Origin: Candidatus Bathyarchaeota archaeon
GTDB lineage: Archaea > Thermoproteota > Bathyarchaeia > Bathyarchaeales > Bathycorpusculaceae
Length of the DNA stretch: 64,000 nucleotides
NCBI GenBank assembly: GCA_963811105.1
Contig: CAWEPZ010000011.1
Span: forward strand, 1,280,001 to 1,344,000
Reading direction: 5' to 3'
Made by a program: the position numbers and the translations under genes. The notes under the pieces are model-generated. The model had not been told where the DNA came from. It did not search any database and saw only the letters and a list, made by a program, of their open reading frames with translations. Positions 40,113 to 50,009 of the stretch are shown here, piece by piece; position 1 is the first letter of the stretch; each line of letters starts with the position of its first letter.

Positions 40113-40220
40113 ATGACTGTTCTGGGTAGCAAGTGTTTCTGTGGAGGAAACGCTAATGTTTTCGAGGGCGGCGAGCAGTTCTGTAACGACTGTTACCTGA
40201 AGAAGAAGGGCAGACGTTAA
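40113..40220 (+). CDS. 35-aa Cys4 microprotein
   Basis: MTVLGSKCFCGGNANVFEGGEQFCNDCYLKKKGRR*. Confidence 0.55.
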   Translation: MTVLGSKCFCGGNANVFEGGEQFCNDCYLKKKGRR

Positions 40221-40275
40221 ACAACTTTGAATTTCTTAGGGCGTTCATCATACAGATTAGTTGGAGATAGAATTA

Positions 40276-40404
40276 ATGTCTAAAGAATTTGTAAAAGATT
40301 GTCCTTGTCCTTACTGTGGAAGTAGCAACATTGAAAACACAGACAAAGAAATAAAATGTCTTGATTGTGGAATGGGTAAATATAAAGTTGGCAAAGGTAA
40401 ATAA
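40276..40404 (+). CDS. 42-aa zinc-ribbon microprotein (TFB-ribbon-like)
   Basis: CPYCGSSNIENTDKEIKCLDCG; GGAG upstream. Confidence 0.6.
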   Translation: MSKEFVKDCPCPYCGSSNIENTDKEIKCLDCGMGKYKVGKGK

Positions 40405-40810
40405 ATAATAATTTTGAAATAGTTATTCTCAGTGCACTCAAAACTGAATAGCGTAAATGCCTTAAAGGGAATAGCTAACAGGTGGATACCTTATGTCATT
40501 CAACAACAGTTAAACGCTAAATCCGACGGAAAATCAGCGGTTTATTGGTTAGATGGCATTCCGAAATCCGATGATGCAGAACTTAAGGAAGGCGGGTTAA
40601 AGGCTTTTTCAGGTTCTGGTATACTATCTAGTGGTAGGCTAACTTTTTCTCCCTTTTACAATTCGGGTGATGATTGATTTTTACCAAAAGAATAAAAAAC
40701 TGTGAAAACCAAATAGTTTTTCTTGAGAGGTTTTTGGTGTGTACATAGCGCCATCATCATAGAAAGGCTTAAGCCTACTTTGGAAAATAGGATACTGAGG
40801 AGCTTATGAA

Positions 40811-41320
40811 ATGGTTAACGAAAGAATTAATGAGACTAAACAAAAAATTTTAGATTGGCTTAAAGAAGAAGCTTTTTCCGCAGAAGAAAAAGCTGACCCA
40901 AACGCATTTTTCAATATACAAGCAACTAGGAATAACATGGGGGTCAACATTATCCAGGCTATTCCTCGCAATGATAGTTTCTTTGTAGTAGCAAACATAA
41001 TCACAGCTGAAGAGGAACAAACTTTCTTGAAGGGTATGGGTTCTGAGAAAAGGCTAGATTTTATTTGGGATTTGCAAATGAACCTTCTTAAGAACAATGA
41101 ACTTGGCGATTTTGCTTTTAAACCAAAAGCTCCAGAGGAAATACAAATAATAACTATCACTTCAAGGGCAATTTTTTATGATGAGTTAACAAAAGCAAAA
41201 CTCCATTTCACAATACACGTTGTTCTAAAAGCTATGGTAATGACTATGTGGATGTTGCAAAAATATGCAGGAATAGCCCTTCCGAAGATAAACCAGAAAA
41301 AGCAAGACTATTCTATGTAG
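40811..41320 (+). CDS. DUF2299-like protein
   Basis: KILDWLKEE..., FIWDLQMNLL, IFYDELTK. Confidence 0.7.
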   Translation: MVNERINETKQKILDWLKEEAFSAEEKADPNAFFNIQATRNNMGVNIIQAIPRNDSFFVVANIITAEEEQTFLKGMGSEKRLDFIWDLQMNLLKNNELGDFAFKPKAPEEIQIITITSRAIFYDELTKAKLHFTIHVVLKAMVMTMWMLQKYAGIALPKINQKKQDYSM

Positions 41321-41659
41321 TAACTTCCAGTTTTGTTTACTTTTTTCTTCTAAGGTATTGACGTGAGTTACACAGGTCGTTCAAAGGGTTCTTATGGGCT
41401 TATAATGTTTCAGCGTTTTCATGCTTAAAGTGAATCTTCGGGGAACACAGTAAAGTGATACAACATAGTCACCGAATTGCTCTTTAAGGCATCCATTTAC
41501 AAGCAAAAGACGCCGAAAATGAAGGCTTCATTGTTACGTGGAACCTTCCCTGGTGCTTTCACGGGGTTTTCGAACTTAAGCAAATTGTGCTTTTAGAATT
41601 AGCGTCTGAAATGGGTATATAAAGTCATTTTACCTTTTTAATATGACAGGTTGAATGTT

Positions 41660-41884
41660 ATGCCGAAATGTCCAAATTGTACAGCTCATATGAAAGAACC
41701 AGATAAAGAATGGAACTTTGGGCAATTTCGAGTAAAGATGTATAAGTGCACTAAATGCGGAAATCAATTTAGAGAATACTTCAAAGAAAACACTTTGAAA
41801 TTTACTTTGAGCGCACACAACGGTGGCTTGGGAAAGACCAGAGTGAGCAAAGAAACAACGGATAGACACAAGTTCTATCAATAA
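41660..41884 (+). CDS. Cren7-like zinc-ribbon protein
   Basis: MPKCPNC...PDKEWNFGQFRVKMYKCTKCGNQFREY; P-x-K-x-W and G-x-x-F-R recall Cren7. Confidence 0.6.
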   Translation: MPKCPNCTAHMKEPDKEWNFGQFRVKMYKCTKCGNQFREYFKENTLKFTLSAHNGGLGKTRVSKETTDRHKFYQ

Positions 41885-42187
41885 CTCTTCTCTCTCGCGA
41901 ATATTGGTTCTTTCTCATTTGCATCCCTGATTTTTGTCACGTTTAGGTGCTTGTAACTAGCGCGCATGGCTGTTCCTAAATTAGTTTGCGAAGTATCGTA
42001 TGCTTCTTTATTTGCCTATTTTGTGCGTGTCTTTATAAGAGCTCGAGACTACTCATGATATGGCAGCGTTTAGCGGGTTTTACAGTGTTGAATCCTCTTT
42101 TTCCATGAATTCGCTGCAATATGGGCGCGGGCTAAGATCTGCTAGATGCTGCTTATAGAAGAAGGATGAAAAATACAAGAAGGAGAG

Positions 42188-42859
42188 GTGAAAAAAGTTT
42201 TGAAATATAAGTATCCTTTCGAGTATGAATTGGATCCTACGGAGATAGAGAAGGGAACTAACTGGGTAACCTTGAAACTAAAAAACATAGGAAATGAAAC
42301 TCTCAGAGACCTTGACGCACAATTGCACTCAAGGGACACATATAACCTATCAATTTTTGGATCATGGTCGTATGGGGCTGGACAACTCATTACGGAGTTG
42401 GAACCGAATAAGGAGGTCAGATTGGTTTTCCGGGCTAATGCAATAGGATCAGCTAATGTATACGCTACCCTCAAAGGACGTAAGGATGGAAAATACTTCT
42501 GGTGGGAATCCAGTTGGACGAGTCTCCATTTAAGCGACGAAAAAGCAGAAATCGGTAGCCTACTAGTGCTTTCGCATCCGTATACGTCAATTGGAAAGAC
42601 CATCAGCGCCGAGGCAACCGTTAAGGGCTTGAGAAAAAATGGTGTATTGACGCTGGAGTTTTGGGTGGAGACCCCCTCTGGAAAGAATGAACAGCAGGCT
42701 AAAATGGATATAAAGGATCTTCCCGTTGGAGAGGAATCCCGTTACACGGCTGAGTTCACGCCCAAGGAAACGGGGTTTTATACGATATACGCGTATTTGT
42801 ACGATGGATATATGAGAATAGGTTACAAGACAGCGCATATCCATGCGGCGAAAACATAG
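42188..42859 (+). CDS. Hypothetical protein with two Ig/CARDB-like beta domains
   Basis: VTLKLKNIGNE..., FTPKETGFYTIYAYLY. Confidence 0.7.
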   Translation: MKKVLKYKYPFEYELDPTEIEKGTNWVTLKLKNIGNETLRDLDAQLHSRDTYNLSIFGSWSYGAGQLITELEPNKEVRLVFRANAIGSANVYATLKGRKDGKYFWWESSWTSLHLSDEKAEIGSLLVLSHPYTSIGKTISAEATVKGLRKNGVLTLEFWVETPSGKNEQQAKMDIKDLPVGEESRYTAEFTPKETGFYTIYAYLYDGYMRIGYKTAHIHAAKT

Positions 42860-42962
42860 CAATAACCAAGCCAACCAAGTCTCAAGCTCAGCCCCATTTA
42901 CGTAATTATGAAAGTTGAGAGTAAAGAAAAAGGGAGATAGTGGTTGTTTTGGCTTCCAAGTT

Positions 42963-45500
42963 TTATGGTCGTTTTCTTAGTATCAGCACAATGACTGCAC
43001 CTATGATTAGGACTGCAATTATTATGGCGATTACTCCGGCTATGATTGTCATTGTGTAATCAGGTACTGCTTGCGCTTGGGTTGGCGTTTGTGTTGGTTG
43101 TGCATTTGCCACGACTGCTGCTGTTTCTGCCCATGAACTGCCGTATCCGCCGTTGCCTGCAAAGGTTGCTGTAATCTGGTAAGTTCCTGCGATTGTTGGG
43201 GTCCAAGTGTAGTGGAATGTTCCGCTGATGTCGCTTGTTGTGTCTCCGAGGTGTTGTGGGTTTCCGTTAGGGTCAGTTGCATCGATTGATACTGGTACAC
43301 CTGTGATTGTTATGTTGTGGTATATTCCGTCAATCGGGTGCTGCATATGCAAATATTCCATGTATGTGCCCATTGAATCGTCAGAAACGCATGCTTTACC
43401 CATCTGTGCTGGAGATTGGTCTAAGACTGTTCCAGAAATAATAGCGTTTGTACCAGCTGTTACTTGTGTTTGTGGAGCTGAAACAGAGGTAGCGCTTTCT
43501 CCTTTACCGAAAACGTACATGTACCCGTCATAACTATTGGACGCAGTCAAATAGCCATCTGCAACTGCACCTGGAGTCATGGGTCCAGTTATATTCCATA
43601 TGCCTTCGCCTGTAGTAGCGTTAATGCAATGTAGTTTCCAACCTCTTGTAATTGGCTCAGTTGGTGTGTGCTCAGTGTTGTATGTGTATACTTTTCCGTC
43701 AGCAACGAGGGTTGAGCCGTAGAAGGAATAAACCGTTGAACCGCTTGCATCAATGTATGGAGTTTCGTACGGGTTTGCTGGAGCTTCGTACTTCCAAATT
43801 ATTTTTCCTGTATCCCAATCGAAAGCATAGACACCGGAGTATGCTGCACGGAATATCATACCATAGGCTGAGGCTATATCATAAGCTCCAAAACCGGGTG
43901 CATCCCAAGGATAATCCATTCTGTCACTTACCCAAGCTACTGTTCCAGTTTGTGCATTCCAAGCATGAAAACGTCCGTCATCCATTAACACGGCAACTTT
44001 TCCATGATCAGCAACGTCTGAGCCTGCATTAAACATAACTAATCCTGCAACGTAATTATCCCACAACTGCGTACCTGTTGTCAAGCTAGCGGCTCTTACG
44101 CGTGTGCCATTGTATGAAGTCCCTTGCCCTCCTGCTCTAACCCATGATACGTCAACGCATACGTCTGATTGGAAGTCTTGTAAGCCGTTGCCAAATCCAA
44201 GGTTTGCCCATGGCCACGTTATGTTATTCATTATTCTCGAATTAAAGTCAGTGCTTGTCCCAAGCGTAGTCCAGTTGATCAAACGGTAGTTGTTTGCAGT
44301 AGCGTTTACGGTCTGTAAAGTCAATGCGTATCCGTTCCTGTAGTAAGTTCCAGAAGTCAGCACACCAGTTGAGACGTTGGCAGTAACTGCACCTGTGTAT
44401 GGATTATATTTTATCAGTCTTCCATTACTAATCGCTAAGAGACTCACGGAAGCGCCAGCATTGCCTGTGTTATCTGTAGCTACATATTCAATCGCTGTAG
44501 GTGCTATAACATCGGTTAAATCCCAATAAACCTGTCCAGTTCTTAGATCGTAGCATTCCCAAACGGTTGTTGGCAATGTTCGATAAGTCCCATTAAGCAA
44601 CGTTAACATTGGTTTCGTTAGAGTCTGGTAACATCGACCATCAAAGATTATGTTTGGCGTACCGCCACCACTGCTTAAAGAGACAATTCCTTGGTCACCG
44701 CCTATGAGTCCGGCAATGGCACCTTGACGTTTCCAGAGTATATGTGCAGAATCTGGCGCTTGAACCCATGGAACAAAGCCATAACTGTCGCTAAAATAGG
44801 GGTTTGTGTTAGGATAGAGTGCATCCCATTGTGGGCCTCCTCCGCTTGGTCCGTGCCATGGATAGTTTCCTGAGATTGGCCACCACTCTCGGTTTTCTGG
44901 TGAAATTGGTCTTGTCCAGTAATCAGTAGGCAAAGGAGCAACAGGCCATGACGCGATTAGATTCTCCTGAACAGTCAGATTTTGTTCTGCAGTTGAAGCA
45001 GGGGTAAAGTAATGCGAGACTGGATAAACTGTGCCTGATGTGTTAGTTACTAGATAGCCATTGAAGTATCTCCCCGCTGGGAAATATACGCCGGGAAAGT
45101 CAAATTTAAGCTTCCATGTGCCAACTTGGTCTGGATTGAACTCAAACCAATAGGTTCCGTCATTAACTTGAGAATTTACGGGTCCAATGGTTTGTTTGGT
45201 TCCGTCAGGTTTTGTGATTGTCACCACGTAACCTAGTTGCATTCGATCTTGTGCTGGCGGAGTAGTTGTCCATATGTTGACAAGGACGACTTGTTTCAGT
45301 CCTATAGGATTTGGTCTAAAACTGAGGTAGGCGCTTGGAGTGTAGGTTTCAGTTGCGGCAACTCCTGTTGGTAGCGGTCCTGCGGTGGGTTGTTGGGCAG
45401 CAATCTGAGCGTTGACAGGTTGAAATGAAAATAGTAATGAGGGCGAAATCATTAGCAGTATTATCAGTGTTGCATTTGTTATGATTTTCATTTTTTTCAT
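42963..45500 (-). CDS. Surface PQQ-like beta-propeller repeat protein
   Basis: Signal peptide, LPTDYWTRPI, W-repeat blades, VADGKVY, C-terminal TM helix plus basic tail. Confidence 0.88.
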   Translation of the reverse strand: MKKMKIITNATLIILLMISPSLLFSFQPVNAQIAAQQPTAGPLPTGVAATETYTPSAYLSFRPNPIGLKQVVLVNIWTTTPPAQDRMQLGYVVTITKPDGTKQTIGPVNSQVNDGTYWFEFNPDQVGTWKLKFDFPGVYFPAGRYFNGYLVTNTSGTVYPVSHYFTPASTAEQNLTVQENLIASWPVAPLPTDYWTRPISPENREWWPISGNYPWHGPSGGGPQWDALYPNTNPYFSDSYGFVPWVQAPDSAHILWKRQGAIAGLIGGDQGIVSLSSGGGTPNIIFDGRCYQTLTKPMLTLLNGTYRTLPTTVWECYDLRTGQVYWDLTDVIAPTAIEYVATDNTGNAGASVSLLAISNGRLIKYNPYTGAVTANVSTGVLTSGTYYRNGYALTLQTVNATANNYRLINWTTLGTSTDFNSRIMNNITWPWANLGFGNGLQDFQSDVCVDVSWVRAGGQGTSYNGTRVRAASLTTGTQLWDNYVAGLVMFNAGSDVADHGKVAVLMDDGRFHAWNAQTGTVAWVSDRMDYPWDAPGFGAYDIASAYGMIFRAAYSGVYAFDWDTGKIIWKYEAPANPYETPYIDASGSTVYSFYGSTLVADGKVYTYNTEHTPTEPITRGWKLHCINATTGEGIWNITGPMTPGAVADGYLTASNSYDGYMYVFGKGESATSVSAPQTQVTAGTNAIISGTVLDQSPAQMGKACVSDDSMGTYMEYLHMQHPIDGIYHNITITGVPVSIDATDPNGNPQHLGDTTSDISGTFHYTWTPTIAGTYQITATFAGNGGYGSSWAETAAVVANAQPTQTPTQAQAVPDYTMTIIAGVIAIIIAVLIIGAVIVLILRKRP

Positions 45501-46179
45501 TTTTTTTCCTCTTAGTTTTTGTGAAGGATCATTTTTGTACTTCTTCTAAGGGACTATACTAAGAATTTAGCTTTAAAGTCATGTGGAAAGTGGATACTGA
45601 GTACACAGTGATAGTTGTTAATGGTGTTGAAAGAAACGACTCTGCTAGAAATCATGCTTTGAAGATTCCAAAGTTTAGAGATTCCTTAAACCGATTCAAC
45701 GATTGTGGAGTGAGCGGTTGCAAAAGGAATGTTGGATTTATTCAGATTTCTCATTGTTTTGTTTCTTCCTTTAGTTTTTCGAGAAAGAGTTTAAACAAAG
45801 AAAGCATTTTCTTCAAATCTAAACATTTTCTCTGATAGACAACTTTACGTTAACTAGCTTTTAAGACTGAGTGGACAGTACCCACTGGTAACAAAATAGC
45901 ACTAAAATGAATCCATAGTGAATAAATGGGTTCTTTATTAAGTAACAAAAAGATAAAGAAATTGAGCTATCTAAGACAAGACATAACAAAAAACAATTGC
46001 TATATTGAGGCATTAAGCAAACAAGACTTGTATTTAATTTAAACCCTAAGATGGTTTTACAAATTCCTTTCGAGGTTTACAATTAGAGATTCTGAAAGTT
46101 TGCTGTCATCAGATACTTGGGAAAGACTTTAAAATGAAACAACCGATAAATCAGCAGTTAAAATAAGGAGAATAGAAAA

Positions 46180-48792
46180 ATGAAAATTAAATTTTCAGCA
46201 AATCTAAAAACGACTACAGCGATCGCTATTATACTAATGTTTTCTATGCTAATATCAACATTATCCGTTCAGTCGGTTAATGCTCAAACTACATATACAA
46301 ATTTGCAAGACGGCTCTTCCATGCCGTTACCCACCGGCGTGACAGCCGATGAAACAGTCACCACAAGCGCACATCTAAGCTATAGGCCTAATCCTGTAGG
46401 ACTCAATCAACCTATCCTAGTAAATCTTTGGATGCAACCGCCAATTCACGTAACTCACTACTTTAAGAACGCATTCATGGTGACATTCACAAAACCAGAT
46501 GGAACCACAGAGCAAGTCGGTCCATTATCTTCGTACCAAGGCGACTCAACAGCTTGGTTTGAAAAGAAAATGGATCAAATGGGCACATGGACCATAAAGT
46601 TTGACTTCCTAGGTGCATACTTCCCCGCAGGTAATTATACAATCGTTGCTGGTACTTTTTCAGGTCAAGGCGGTGTTAGTACAAATGCAGTATTCCCAAA
46701 TTCAATTTACTATGCCCCTAGTTCAGATGGCCCATACAACATCACCGTCCAACAAGACTTGATAGCCTCTTGGCCAACGGCACCACTACCAACCGACTAT
46801 TGGACAAGACCTATAGAACCACAAAACAGAGAATGGTGGCCAATCGCAGGTAACTATCCAGCAACTGGCATACTTGGAGGAGGCACTGATTGGCCAGCGG
46901 ACACAAATACTTACATGAGTAACTATGGATTCATCCCTTACGTTCAAGCGCCTAACACAGCACACATAGTATGGAAGCGACAAGGAGCTACAGCCGGTTT
47001 AATCGGTGGCGAAGCAGGGCAATACAGTATAACTACTGGTCCAGGAACCCCAAGCCTGGTCTATGCTGGAAGAGCATATCAAACGCTCACAAAAATCCTA
47101 AACGGAGTACAAACAAGCGTTTGGGAATGCTACGATTTGCGTACAGGCGAAGTTTACTGGGACCAAACAGGAGTCACTCAAGTACCCACATTCATTGGAT
47201 ATGATCCTCAAGCATTGAGTACCACTATAGCAGGAGCTGAGGCATCTTCATCTTGGGTTGCAAGTCTTGTCTTTGTCGGCAGCGGAAGGCTAATCAAATA
47301 CAACCCATGGATTGGCAGCGCAACACTGAACATCTCAATCGCTCCATTAACAACAGCTACACCATATGCTTACCCAAACTTCTTAAGCATTCAGAATATC
47401 GGTAGTACTGCAAGTCCAAACTACCGCTTAATTACTTGGACAGTAGCAACCGGCGGACTTTCAACAACCCCCATAGTACAATTCACAAGCAACGTCTCCT
47501 ACCCATTCGCAAGCATAGGCACTGCAGACTACGAATCGATGATAGCCGTTACAACACAAGGTATACGCGACATTCCCGCATCTGGACAAGTCGCTTCTTG
47601 GGAACCAACAGCAGCCGTCAACTCAGGAGTATCCTATAGCTACCGCATAATAGGAGTTAGCCTCTCAACCGGGCAAGTGCAGTTCAATGTCACAACCAAT
47701 CAGGCATACGGAGGAGTTTTCAGCGGAAGCACCGCAGTAGCTGACCATGGAAAATTCGCCCTCAGAATGAACGATGGACATTGGCATGCTTGGGACTTAC
47801 ACACAGGAAACGAGTTATGGACAAGTGAGATGTCTAGTTGGCCATGGGGTTCTTTTGGGATTTATGGCGTGACTTCATACGGCGGTCTTATTATTTATCC
47901 ACAGTACGACGGAGTTGTAGCATATAACTGGACTAACGGAAAAGTAGCTTGGCGATACCAATACGAAACCCCATATCCTTACGAAACTCCATATGAAGGC
48001 AACTATCCTTTCTATAGCTCCGCGGTTGACATTGCCGATGGAAAGCTCTATACATCCAATACTGAACACACACCAAGTAACCCCATTACTAGAGGATGGA
48101 AACTACATTGCATGAACGTAACTACAGGCGAAGGCATATGGAATATCACAGGTTCTTTCAGTGCAGGCGCTGTTGCTGACGGCTACTTAACCGCTTCTGA
48201 TGGCTATGATGGCTACATGTATGTTTTCGGCAAAGGACTCAGTTCAACTACAGTCTCAGCACCGCAGAATCAAATAATTGCAGGACAGAATGCCGTCATA
48301 TCGGGAACCGTGTTAGATCAATCTCCAGCACAGACGGGCAAAGCATGCGTTTCAGACAGTTCAATGGCTACATGGATGGAATACCTACATATGCAAATGC
48401 CAATAGACGGATTATCCCACAAAGTAATCATTACTGGTGTTCCAGTTTCAATCGATGCAGTTGACCCTAACGGAAATACAATACACCTTGCAACAGTTAC
48501 AAGCGATGTAAGTGGAACATTTGCTTATACATGGACACCAAGCCTAGCAGGCGACTGGAGAATTACTGCAACTTTCGCAGGAAGCGGCTCTTACGGCAGC
48601 TCATACGCAGAAGCGCATGCAAACGTTGTAAACGCACCTACAACAACAGTAACGCCAACCACAATAAGTTCAGCATCAGTAACCTCAACAGACGTAATGA
48701 CCTACATCGTCATAGCTGCAATCGCCATCATAATTGCTGTAGCAATAGTTGGCGCACTAATCATAAGGACTATCGCAAGAAAGCATTCATAA
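46180..48792 (+). CDS. Surface PQQ-like beta-propeller repeat protein (paralog)
   Basis: Same architecture and shared blocks (LPTDYWTRPI, NTEHTP..PITRGWKLHC, GYMYVFGKG, MEYLHMQ). Confidence 0.88.
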   Translation: MKIKFSANLKTTTAIAIILMFSMLISTLSVQSVNAQTTYTNLQDGSSMPLPTGVTADETVTTSAHLSYRPNPVGLNQPILVNLWMQPPIHVTHYFKNAFMVTFTKPDGTTEQVGPLSSYQGDSTAWFEKKMDQMGTWTIKFDFLGAYFPAGNYTIVAGTFSGQGGVSTNAVFPNSIYYAPSSDGPYNITVQQDLIASWPTAPLPTDYWTRPIEPQNREWWPIAGNYPATGILGGGTDWPADTNTYMSNYGFIPYVQAPNTAHIVWKRQGATAGLIGGEAGQYSITTGPGTPSLVYAGRAYQTLTKILNGVQTSVWECYDLRTGEVYWDQTGVTQVPTFIGYDPQALSTTIAGAEASSSWVASLVFVGSGRLIKYNPWIGSATLNISIAPLTTATPYAYPNFLSIQNIGSTASPNYRLITWTVATGGLSTTPIVQFTSNVSYPFASIGTADYESMIAVTTQGIRDIPASGQVASWEPTAAVNSGVSYSYRIIGVSLSTGQVQFNVTTNQAYGGVFSGSTAVADHGKFALRMNDGHWHAWDLHTGNELWTSEMSSWPWGSFGIYGVTSYGGLIIYPQYDGVVAYNWTNGKVAWRYQYETPYPYETPYEGNYPFYSSAVDIADGKLYTSNTEHTPSNPITRGWKLHCMNVTTGEGIWNITGSFSAGAVADGYLTASDGYDGYMYVFGKGLSSTTVSAPQNQIIAGQNAVISGTVLDQSPAQTGKACVSDSSMATWMEYLHMQMPIDGLSHKVIITGVPVSIDAVDPNGNTIHLATVTSDVSGTFAYTWTPSLAGDWRITATFAGSGSYGSSYAEAHANVVNAPTTTVTPTTISSASVTSTDVMTYIVIAAIAIIIAVAIVGALIIRTIARKHS

Positions 48793-48854
48793 AAAGCGAA
48801 AACAAATTTCTTCTCTTTTTTCTTCTTTCTCATAAGACTGCAGCTAGTGGTTTC

Positions 48855-49049
48855 TTATTTTTCCAAATTCAAGAAAAAGGGACCTCCATAACCATTTCCT
48901 ACACCGCCGAGTGGTTCATCTTGAGCTTTGACTGGCAAGGGTATTAGTAACGAAGAGCTAAATAACAGTATCAAAATGACTGCAACTGTTAACGTCTTAG
49001 TATTCAAAGGAAAATTAGTCTTGTCTTTTAGTTCTTATAGAATTTTCAT
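48855..49049 (-). pseudogene. Remnant signal-peptide N-terminus of a secreted protein
   Basis: MKIL*ELKDK...TLTVAVILILLFSSSLLIPLPVKAQ...; GGAGA upstream. Confidence 0.4.
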
Positions 49050-49299
49050 TCTTGTATTCTCCTTAATTCTAAGGGTGTCACAATTTATGCGAGGGATGCC
49101 AATTTAAGACTTTGCGAAATACCGTTTTACCTTAAAGAGCATATATCAAAAATTAAGGATGATTCTTCTCAACAATAAATAGAAGAAAGGAGGGAGCGTC
49201 GCGTAAAGTAACATTAGAAACTTGACATGACAAAGACTAAAGTTTTCTAAGCCAAACTTTTTAATTGTCCTTAGTTATTTAATTAATTGGGATGTTTGA

Positions 49300-49533
49300 A
49301 TGCCGCAAGCTTATGTTCTATTTAATGTAGAGTCAGGCTCAGAAGACATCGTGTTAAAAAAACTTAGGAGTCTCAGCAATGTCCAAGAATCCTATGTTTC
49401 CTATGGAGTATACGACTTAATCGTGAGGATAAAAGCAGACACCATGGAAGAGTTAAAAGACTCAGTCACTCACAAAATTCGAACCATCAATCAAGTTCGG
49501 TCGACCTTAACTTTGATAATGATGGAAGAATAA
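49300..49533 (+). CDS. Stand-alone Lrp/AsnC ligand-binding (RAM) domain protein
   Basis: AYVLFNV...YGVYDLIVRI...IRTINQVRSTLTLI. Confidence 0.9.
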   Translation: MPQAYVLFNVESGSEDIVLKKLRSLSNVQESYVSYGVYDLIVRIKADTMEELKDSVTHKIRTINQVRSTLTLIMMEE

Positions 49534-49697
49534 AAAAAAGACTCATGAAATTCGATTATTACTATCTCTAAACCTAGGTCTTCCTGTCCGCATTCTTTCA
49601 CAGATGTTAAAATTCAAGCATCGCCAATTCGAAGGGTAATTAGGTTAATTTTATATTTGGTTCATAGAGTAATTTGTTGATGAGCGGATGTAGTAAA

Positions 49698-49889
49698 ATG
49701 GAAAAGATTGCTGAAGGCATTAGTGACTTTGGTGATTTTACAGCTATTTTGTTTAAAACCTCTGATGACCGTCATTTTGTTCGGTTCATGCCCTTGAATA
49801 GTAAAGAAAAACCACATGTCGAGTGGCTTTCCGGCGATGATCATTTAGAATGGCTCAGACGTTGGTTTCATGAGCCAACAATCGAATAA
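49698..49889 (+). CDS. Small hypothetical protein
   Basis: 63-aa ORF with protein-like composition. Confidence 0.45.
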   Translation: MEKIAEGISDFGDFTAILFKTSDDRHFVRFMPLNSKEKPHVEWLSGDDHLEWLRRWFHEPTIE

Positions 49890-49958
49890 TAAAAAACGAC
49901 TTTTGATTAAAAAAATGTAAATTGTTTAGACCTCCTCCGCCAACTGTCTGAATGCCGG

Positions 49959-49974
49959 GAGACTGTGTAGAAAC
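49959..49974. mobile_element. Isolated IS1182-like terminal repeat
   Basis: GAGACTGTGTAGAAAC matches the MITE right end (reverse complement GAGACTGTGTAAAAAC) at 15/16. Confidence 0.45.
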
Positions 49975-50009
49975 GTTATCACCCAAAGAACGCGGATCCA
50001 TGTCGCGGC

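Noticed and set aside
24040-40790. Non-canonical TTAAG-type TATA boxes specific to the accessory cluster
   Set aside because: A similar element precedes the core PIN gene (~3505) and start sites are unknown, so specificity cannot be supported by eye
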